Assembly (NCBI GenBank): GCA_027923505.1
Contig: BROI01000007.1
Location: forward strand, 434,001-498,000
Reading direction: 5' to 3'
Length of the DNA: 64,000 bases
Source: Mayamaea pseudoterrestris
Taxonomy: Eukaryota
The notes under the pieces are model-generated. The model did not search any database. It worked only from the letters and a program-made list of their open reading frames with translations, and was not told where the DNA came from. Both the position numbers and the translations under genes were made by a program. Each line of letters begins with the position of its first letter. Within the stretch, counting starts at the first letter, position 1. Positions 13,401 through 21,464 of this stretch are shown piece after piece.

Positions 13401-13942
13401 CCTACAGGGCTTGCTGTAGGGGCATTTGAATGTCGCGGCATCTGCGGGCTGAGACTGGTGACAAGTTGTCACCAAATACATTGCCATCCCCTGAGACACC
13501 AGCCAAGCCTTCCATCTTGTAGCGCAGCCTGAATAATGATGTTGGCACCATTCTGGTGTATTTTGGGCACCTACAGGGCTTGCTGTAGGGGCGTTTGAAT
13601 GTCGCGGCATCTGCGGGCTGAGACTGGTGACAAGTTGTCACCAAATACATTGCCATCCCCTGAGACACCAGCCAAGCCTACCATCTTGTAGCGCAGCCTG
13701 AATAATGATGTTGGCTACATTCTGGTGTATTTTGGGCACCTACAGGGCTTGCTGTAGGGGCGTTTGAATGTCACGGCATCTGCGGGCTGAGACTGGTGAC
13801 AAGTTGTCACCAAATACATTGCCATCCCCTGAGACACCAGCCAAGCCTACCATCTTGTAGGGCAGCCTGGATAAGGATGTTGGCACCATTCTGGTGTATG
13901 TTGGACACCTACAGGGCTTGCTGTAGGGGCATTTGAATGTCA
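4491..13942. repeat. Satellite array, 169-bp monomer, ~55 copies
   Basis: Consensus: TGGTGACAAGTTGTCACCAAATACATTGCCATCCCCTGAGACACCAGCCAAGCCTACCATCTTGTAGCGCAGCCTGAATAATGATGTTGGCACCATTCTGGTGTATTTTGGGCACCTACAGGGCTTGCTGTAGGGGCGTTTGAATGTCACGGCATCTGCGGGCTGAGAC. Copies are head to tail with few substitutions, and the ORF-track echoes recur every 169 bp. Confidence 0.99.
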
Positions 13943-14416
13943 TTGACATGAGGATGGTCTGAAATGATGCAAAACGGACTGCCTGGAGGCCTACACCATG
14001 GAATGGTCTGCAGGCTGGGTGTGGCCAACACCCCAAATTATGGAATCATACCACTACAATGCCCCATGCCCTGGCCACCCAACAACCCAATGAGTCAGGC
14101 AAAACATGTCCAGGGTGTGCCATTGACATGAGGATGGTCTGAAATGGTGCAAAATGGACTGCCTGGAGGCCTACACCATGGAATGGTCTGCAGGCTGGGT
14201 GTGGCCAACACTCCAAAATAAGGAATCATACCACTACAATGCCCTCTGCCCCGGCCACCCAACAACCCAATGAGTCAGGCAAAACATGTCCAGGGTGTGC
14301 CATTGACATGAGGATGGTCTGAAATGGTGCTAAAAGGACTGCCTGGAAGCCTACACCATGGAATGGCCTGCTGGATGGGTGTGGCCAACACCCCAAGTTA
14401 TGGAATCATACCACTA
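13941..14416. repeat. Tandem repeat, 180-bp unit, ~2.6 copies
   Basis: CATTGACATGAGGATGGTCTGAAATG... starts at 13941, 14121 and 14301. The third copy is truncated after CATACCACTA. Confidence 0.97.
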
Positions 14417-14419
14417 GGA

Positions 14420-14770
14420 TGTAGATTATTGACAAAGACTTGGCTTGTTGTTGTTACATATACAGCAGGCTTTCCCGCAAGCTGCTGAGTTCAGCTATCC
14501 CGTGTCCGAGTGGTTCTCGCATCTTTGGGGATGTTGTTCGGTCTGACTCGTTCAGAGTCAGAACGGTCCCTTCCCCCTGGCGCAAACCAAAATTGCCGGC
14601 GCGCAGAACACGTTTTAAGTACTCACGCTGTAGAAATCACTCGTGCGGGTGTCCGTTGCCACAGTCGTGTAACGCCTATTTTTAACGGTCGGTGGTCATC
14701 TGTGTCTTAGCGCTACTAATCATAAACTATACGTAGGACGTATCAGTCGTCATCGTACGGTAAACTCACA
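14420..14770 (-). mobile_element. Candidate solo LTR or LTR fragment
   Basis: A 351-bp CpG-rich island between CpG-poor flanks, bounded by TG...CA (minus strand TGTGAGTTTACC...CAATAATCTACA). Its end resembles the putative LTR end at 4210. No target-site duplication is visible. Confidence 0.4.
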
Positions 14771-14789
14771 TGAGCGTCCAGTCACAGCA

Positions 14790-15990
14790 TAACCAGTGCC
14801 ACACACTCACATTGAATTTGGACATGCAGGCATTTTAACTGCTTGTCACCAGGCTTGTCATCCATTGTGGCTCCCATTGCCATCAAGTGTGTGCCATCAA
14901 GGGACCCAGGTGCCCAGCCCAGTTTACATCTAGCACCGGACCCAGTCTCCTTCCCAGTGCAGCACCAGGCTTGTCACCCTCTGTAGCTCCCAATTTGTCT
15001 CCCAGCACCCAGCCTGGCAACCTGCCATCAAGTATGCCATCGAGTGATCCAAGCAACAAGCACTAAGCCCAGTGTGTCACATGTGCGGGACCCAGTCTTT
15101 TTCCCAGTGCAACAGCAAGCATGTCACATGCTGTAGCTCCCAGTTTGACTTTCAGCACAAACTCTAGCAGCTTGCCTTCAAGTGTGTCATAATGTGACCT
15201 AAGCCTAAAGCCTACTAATGCATAACATAGCACAGGACCTAGTCTCCATCCTGGTGAACCACCAAGCTTGTCCCCCTCTCAGGCTCCCAGCTTGTTGCAA
15301 ACCTTTTACCAAGAAGTGTCAGTCGAGTGATCCAAGTGCCAAGCCCAGTGTATCACCAAACTTGTCACCCTCTGTAACGCCCAATTTTGTTTCCCAGCAT
15401 TAGCCCCAGCAGCTTGCCATCGTGTGTGCCATCAACTGAGACAAGCTTAAAGCCTACTAGTGCACCACCTAGCACATGACCTAGTCTCCGTTCTGGTGAA
15501 GGACCAAGCTGGCCCCCTCTGTCGCCAACCATTCACCAAGAAGTGTCAGTCAAGTGATCCAAGTGCCAAGCCCAATGCAGCACGAAGCTTGTCACCATCT
15601 GTAACGCCCAGTCTGTTTCCCGGCATTAGCCCCAGCAGCTTGCCATCAAAAGTGTCATCAAGTAGTGAGCCAACCTTAAAGCCTACTAGTGAACCATCTA
15701 GCACATGACCTAGCACATGACCTAATGGTAGCCTCCATCCTGGTGAAGCACCAAGCTGGTCCCCCTCTCAGGCTCCAGCTTGTCGTCAACCATTCACCAA
15801 GAAGTCAAGCCCAATGCATCATCTAGTGTAGGACCCAGTCTTTCTCCCAGTGCAGCACCAAGCTTGTCACCCTCTGTAACTCTCAGTTTGCCTCCCAGCA
15901 CTAGCCCCAGCAGCTCGCCATCAAGTGGGCCATCAAGTGACCCAAGCCTAAAGCCTAGTGGATGACCTACCGCAGGACCTAACAGTAGTC
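14790..15990 (+). pseudogene. Decayed Pro/Ser/Thr-repeat (mucin-like PSxx) coding sequence
   Basis: Short ORF fragments read PSAKPSVSPNLSPSVTP and GPSLSPSAAPSLSPSVTLSLPPSTSPSSSPSSGPSSDPSLKPS. Internal duplications of ~150 and ~230-270 bp are present (AAGCCTA(C/G)T near 15208, 15450, 15679, 15951), with many stops and frameshifts and few CpG. Confidence 0.65.
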
Positions 15991-16239
15991 TCCAAAGCCA
16001 ACATTCTAGCTTTCTCCAAGCACTCATTAAGTGCGCCATCAGGATTATCCTTTTGTTTTTGAGAGTTAGTGCTAACGTGCCAAGGTGTACTGTCTGTTCC
16101 ATTCGAAATGCCACGCAGTCAGGTCAGACCCCGGTCGCTCGGTGCAATGGTGCCATCACAAAACTACTTGTCCAGCAACTTTGAACAATCCAATTGCGTC
16201 GTACATTCCACGATAATATGCAAGCATGGTTAATTAAAG

Positions 16240-17811
16240 ATGTTTGGATCAACAAGGTCTAATAAGCCTAATGCAGAGACTGTCACTCGCAAATCGGTGC
16301 CAATGACACCAGCCTTCCGTCCTGGATTGCGCAAACGCCGCAGCCGCTACCTCACTTTTGCTTGCCTTGCCGTCGTGAACGCATTGCTGACCTTTCTGGC
16401 GTACTCCTACTATTCATATTTTGTTTCGAGAATGAAAGAAGTCAATTCTTCGTTGAGACCAGCATATCATGACAATGATCGCATCGTTCCAAACGCCGTC
16501 ATAGGCGACTCCATACACGGCAATCCTCAGCGAGTCATCAATGAACGCGACCAATCGACGTCATTAAAAGATCATCGGACATCTCAACAAGACATTGGTG
16601 CGACGAAAAATATTGCAACAGCCGACGACATTCGCGACTTTCGATTCACGCCTGCTCATCATCAGTTCAATCTCACTGCCATCGACAATCTGGAGGACAA
16701 GGCGTCGGTGGACTACTTGGCATGCTGCGGACTGGGCCATCGCCTTTCCAAAATGGCGGATGCTCACTACTTGTCCCACATGCTCAACTATGGCTTGCGT
16801 GGCTTTTGGGGCTACTGCGAGTACGTGGAAGTCTTTTCCTACTTGTTTGGTCCTCAGCCGCCAGAGGAGCTTGCGCGGGTGGAGCAATACAATGTGAGCG
16901 CCAAGATTGCCAACGTGCTTCCTGGTGGCCAAAGATTGGTACGCCAAGGCAACGGCGAGTGCGCCTGTCACATGCGCAAGATGCATCTTGACGCGGAATT
17001 TTACGCCAGTTTGCAAAGGCGATTTCGATTTCGAGGAGCGGTTGATGCCTTTCGCTCGCAGCACTTTAGCAATCGTACAGTCTTTGCCATGCATTTGCGG
17101 GCGGGTAATGGTGAGACGGGTGACTATACATGGAAGAAGCGGGGCATTCAGAATGAAACAGAGTGGTTGGTGAACTTTGCGGCGCAAATTGTACAGCTGG
17201 TGACGAAGGATGTTTCGAATCCAGTTTTGTTTCTGGCGACCGATACCGTATCATTTATTGGAAAGCTGCAAAATGTGTTGAGCGGAATCATGCCTGTCAT
17301 ACACTACGAACAGCATAGGCTTAGTGAAGGAGAGGGAGTTTTGTTTGGTGAACGGAGTGCCAACATTACGGTCAACTCGAGGGAAGCGTGTTTGCAGAGC
17401 TGGGAAAACTCACTCATGGACATGATGCTACTTTCGTACGCTGACATTCTCATTGCTGGTCGCCCTTCCAGCTTTGTGGAGTCGCTGCCAATGTCGCTGG
17501 TTCTTGACTCGTCGCGACGAGGCATACGTAGAACATACTGCGAAGTCAACTGGTCTGCGACAAAGTTTCAGTGCTTTGCCAATACCCAAGAATGGTGTTG
17601 CAACGGAACTACAGCTTTTGCAGGTCACTTCCGTCACGAATATACACATAATCCACCCGAAAATGTGACACCAGCACTGCTAGAACGCTGGGCGGTTGGT
17701 CCACGAAGCAGAGCAATGGCGGAGCCGACTCAAAAAGTCATGCTCAGGCCGTCATACCTGCCTTACGATGCTATGAAATACGTAAGGCGATCCTATAATG
17801 GGCTACTATAA
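16240..17811 (+). CDS. Type II membrane fucosyltransferase-like protein (NodZ/GT11/GT23-like motifs)
   Basis: 523-aa ORF with a basic stretch then a TM helix (YLTFACLAVVNALLTFLAYSYY). Motifs GLGHRL, AMHLRAG, LFLATD and DMMLLSYADILI...SSF match the conserved motifs of alpha-1,2/1,6/O-fucosyltransferases. Confidence 0.7.
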   Translation: MFGSTRSNKPNAETVTRKSVPMTPAFRPGLRKRRSRYLTFACLAVVNALLTFLAYSYYSYFVSRMKEVNSSLRPAYHDNDRIVPNAVIGDSIHGNPQRVINERDQSTSLKDHRTSQQDIGATKNIATADDIRDFRFTPAHHQFNLTAIDNLEDKASVDYLACCGLGHRLSKMADAHYLSHMLNYGLRGFWGYCEYVEVFSYLFGPQPPEELARVEQYNVSAKIANVLPGGQRLVRQGNGECACHMRKMHLDAEFYASLQRRFRFRGAVDAFRSQHFSNRTVFAMHLRAGNGETGDYTWKKRGIQNETEWLVNFAAQIVQLVTKDVSNPVLFLATDTVSFIGKLQNVLSGIMPVIHYEQHRLSEGEGVLFGERSANITVNSREACLQSWENSLMDMMLLSYADILIAGRPSSFVESLPMSLVLDSSRRGIRRTYCEVNWSATKFQCFANTQEWCCNGTTAFAGHFRHEYTHNPPENVTPALLERWAVGPRSRAMAEPTQKVMLRPSYLPYDAMKYVRRSYNGLL

Positions 17812-17875
17812 AACGAAAAGACTTAATCATCATTACGTTAACTGAGACTATGCTAGCCGCGCCTGCATGCTCTTC

Positions 17876-20800
17876 CTACCAATCGTCTCCAAAGTCCGAA
17901 GGGTCTTGATCGCCATCAATCTTGGTTGCAGATGATGATTCTGCGGCAGCTGCGGCAGCCTGAGCTTCCTCCTCCAGTCGTGCCTCCTCCGCTTCGGCTG
18001 CTTCAGCCTCTGCCGCCACCCTAGCTGCAGCTGCGGCAACTTCTTCGGCTTCAATTGCCTGTCTCGCAGCAACTTCAGCAGCCAAGCGCGCTGCCTCTTC
18101 TTCGCGCGCTGCCTGCGCCGCAGCGCGAGCAGCTTCGATTTCTTCATGATCGACTTCCTCTTGTCCGTCATCGTTGTCTTCAATATCCATTGGATCAGGA
18201 ACTTTTTCTTCTTCTTCTGCGGCAGGCGGTGGTGCTACGGGTGTGCTTGGGGGGACGCCTCCTTTTTGAGCCTTAATGAGCTCAATAAGGTTGAGCTCCA
18301 AATCATCTTTGGCTGTCATGTAGTCAGAGGCAGAAATACCCTGCGACGCGGTACTAGCACGTTGCTGGAGGAACATTCTAATGCAAAAAGGTTGTCAATA
18401 GTTTGTAAGCCACACCGACACACGCCAGATCAGCATCCGAAATCATCGCAACAACTTACTGTTCAACCTGCAAGCCAATGTCCATATCAGGAAAGAGCTC
18501 TGGATTTTTTGATGGGCACGCCAACGCATTCGCAGCCGACTCGCTGACTGATGCCAGGTCTCTCTTCCATAGCTCAACAACCTCGTCGATTCTTGATGGG
18601 AGATAAGTACGAACGAAAAACGCTGCCTCTGGAAGACGCTTCGTCGCGATCAAGAGTTCGGCGCAAGCTTCGACATTTCCTGTCAATAAATGAGCGACAA
18701 AGGCAACATTTGTCTTGTTGTTTTCCGTGGCAAGCTTTGCCAACTTTTCCATTCCGCTTAAATTTCCAGTGGCAGAATACAGGAGGAGTAGACCAGGAAA
18801 ATCGTTGCTCGCAATCGAAGCCGCCTCGCAGAGTTCCAGGTTTGTTTCCTTCAGCGCCGCGTCGCTGATACGCTTCCATTTAGCATGCGTGTCCGTAGAG
18901 TCTTTATCCTCATCCGGTGTCTCGAGCACAATCTGACGTGCAAATTCCACCTGTCCTAGCTCAATCGCCAAGTCAAACTTGTGATCCAAGTCTTGAGTCA
19001 CAGCCAATGCCTCCTCCTTGAAGCCCTGAGACTCCAGGAAACGAGCCACCTTCGTGTACTCCGTTTCCGGAATCGCTGGCAAAAGTTCGTTTGCCGAGTC
19101 AAAGTCACCACGCATGACAGCGGTTTGATATTGCAAAACAGCAAGCATGACCTTATACGAGACAACATTCAGCGATTTATCGATCAAAAAGACACGATCC
19201 TCCTTTGCCATGTAACCGAGAATGGAGTGTTGGGTCGCGCCGCCAGTGGAGGTCTCCAAATGGACCAGAGTCTCAATCTGCCCTCCGACACTGTAATTAA
19301 GCCTTCCCACATTATTTACGTAAATAAAACAATCCCCGACCCACTTTCCGGACGTGATCGTGTCGTTAATTTCGTACAATAGATCAAAGCTTCCGTCAAC
19401 GCCATCTTCGGCAGTAAACTGACCGGTGCTAAGAGCCTGCTGGGTAACTTCGTTGTTGAAGGACAAGACGAATGCCGAGTCGGCACAAGCCAAGAGCACC
19501 ATGTTACCACTGTCCGACCAGTAAACCTCCTTAGCTTCCGCATCAATCTTTCGGACAAAGTTTCCGGAGTCCCAGTCGTAGAACAAAACGGCGCCGTCGC
19601 CTCCCTTGATTCCAATCATCTGACCGCCAAACAAGCCTTCGGCTGCCGCCGTGGCAGGAATAATCGTCTGCGCCTCGTTGAAATTCTTAAATATCTTGAC
19701 GCGGTTGACCGTCTCGCGAATCGCATAGTCGCCAGTTCCCGAGCCGCTCCAAACAAAGTCAAGAGCCTGTCCAAAGGCCTTGTTGCGCAGAGCCTGCGCC
19801 GTGTAAATGATAAACTCACCGTCGCCGCAAACCGAGATGAATCGACCGTTGCAATTGTGACGAAGCATCTGCGGAAAGATTTCGCAAGATCCCAAATCAC
19901 GAGGAACAACAGCAAGGCGCTCTCCATCCGGGACAGCATCCTCGCCGGTTCCAGAAACGCCACGGACACTGGCCGTCATGATTTCGTTGTTCTTGGCCCA
20001 AACAACTTTACCAGTCGAGTCCATGGACGCAACTGGATCGTCGCTTCCAAGCTCAATGCAGACGCAGCCTTCATCAAAACCAATGGCTAGCTTGTTACTT
20101 TCAGGCGATGCCGCCAAAGCCCATGCACGCTCCATGCCATAGTTGAGCGTCGTTTCGGCCCTGTACGTGGTGCTTTGCCAAATGCGGACCGTTCCATCCT
20201 CCGAAGCCGAAGCAATAATGGGTAGCTTGGGATGGAACATGACGGCACACACGTTGTGCGTGTGTCCCTCGAGCGAGTGCACAATGGATTTGGTCTGTCA
20301 AAAGTGGAATCAAATTATCCAGTGAGCAAGGCACACTTATATAAACATCTACTCATATATACATTGGACGAACCTGATAATCCCAAATCTTGACAGTCTT
20401 GTCATCCGCTCCACTCAAAATGTAAGGCTTGTCACCCGACGGATAGTAGTCGACGCAATTGACTCCGCGCTCGTGTCCTTCCAATGTGTAATGCGGAACA
20501 TGCGAGCCAAGTCCCCATACCTTGATGGTACGATCCAATGAAGCCGACGCAAAGGTGTTTGTATCCTTTGGGTTAAACTTAACCTGCATGACATAGTGCG
20601 CATGCCCCTCAAACATTTGCGTGCAGTCAAAGTTGCGGTCCCAGTCCCAAAGCTTGATCGTCATGTCGTCACTGCTGCTCAACAGGTACGGTAGCGTCGG
20701 ATGAATTTCAAGGCAGCGAATGTAGTCGGCGTGTGCTTCAAACTCCTTGATCTTCTCCATGGTATTGTAGTTGAACACGCGGACGCGCATGTCATCCGAG

Positions 20801-21210
20801 GCCGCGACAAACCACTGTTTGCGGGCAATGAACTTGGCGCAACGAACCGGGAGTTCGGAAACTTCAAACGACTTTTGCAAGGAACCGGAATCATAGTCCC
20901 AAATCATGACATTGCCCGAGTAGAGGGCCGCCAGAACCCATGGGTCGGATGGGTGCAAGTCGACCGACTTGACGCGCTCGGACGTCGCCGAGAGTTTCTT
21001 CTTAATGTCGAGGCGGAGAGGCTGCGAATAATACAAACATAATCGAGTGAGACCATGTTTGTTACAAGTGAAGTCTTCCCCTCCTCTGCTATTGTAAGAG
21101 CGAAAGAGGCCCCTCCGAAATGACCGAGCAAGTAGCGAGATACCAGCTCTTTGAATGCGAATATGGTCTCGATCTCATTCACATGCATTTACATGCATTA
21201 CACTTACCAT
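17876..21210 (-). CDS. COPB2: Coatomer subunit beta' (SEC27); exons 21210-21208, 21021-20374, 20294-18460, 18377-17876
   Basis: The spliced start is [25 protein letters not shown], followed by WD40 repeats and the coatomer WD-associated region ([38 protein letters not shown]). Three GT-AG introns restore the frame, and the C-terminal tail is acidic/Ala-rich. Confidence 0.96.
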
Positions 21211-21464
21211 GATTCTTAAATCAAGATGTATCTAGTTTAGGGAGAGAGCTGAACTTTAAAAGATTTCGCAACGCTCACTCTCGTCGGCAAATCTGCGGCT
21301 TCCATGGTGGCGCTGCGCCTGCGGATCCACGAGAGACCCGGAAGCATTGGAACCGCTACGACGAACGAGTCATTCGTGGTCATCCGACGCGCGAATCCAC
21401 CATGGCGGAAACGACGCCAAAAGCCATCCATGATCATTTATTTGACACAAACCAACGACATAAG

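Noticed and set aside
4491..13942. CRISPR-like array suggested by the regular palindrome
   Set aside because: The sequence between palindromes is near-identical rather than unique spacers, there are no cas genes, and the context is eukaryotic.
4491..13942. Hammerhead ribozyme (retrozyme) satellite
   Set aside because: Neither strand of the consensus has the CUGANGA and GAAA core boxes.
4364..14036. Dozens of 65-149 aa minus-strand ORFs (MSQGMAMYLVTTCHQ...)
   Set aside because: They are translations of the satellite. 169 is not a multiple of 3, so frames rotate and overlap, and many begin at non-ATG codons.
14085..14120. Degenerate minimal hammerhead in the 180-mer (CCAATGAG-TCAGG-CAAAACATGTC resembles CTGATGAG...CGAAACATGTC of Penelope-type ribozymes)
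   Set aside because: Three core mismatches in both full copies, no stem II and no stem I pairing in register. An Infernal search of less decayed copies would settle it.
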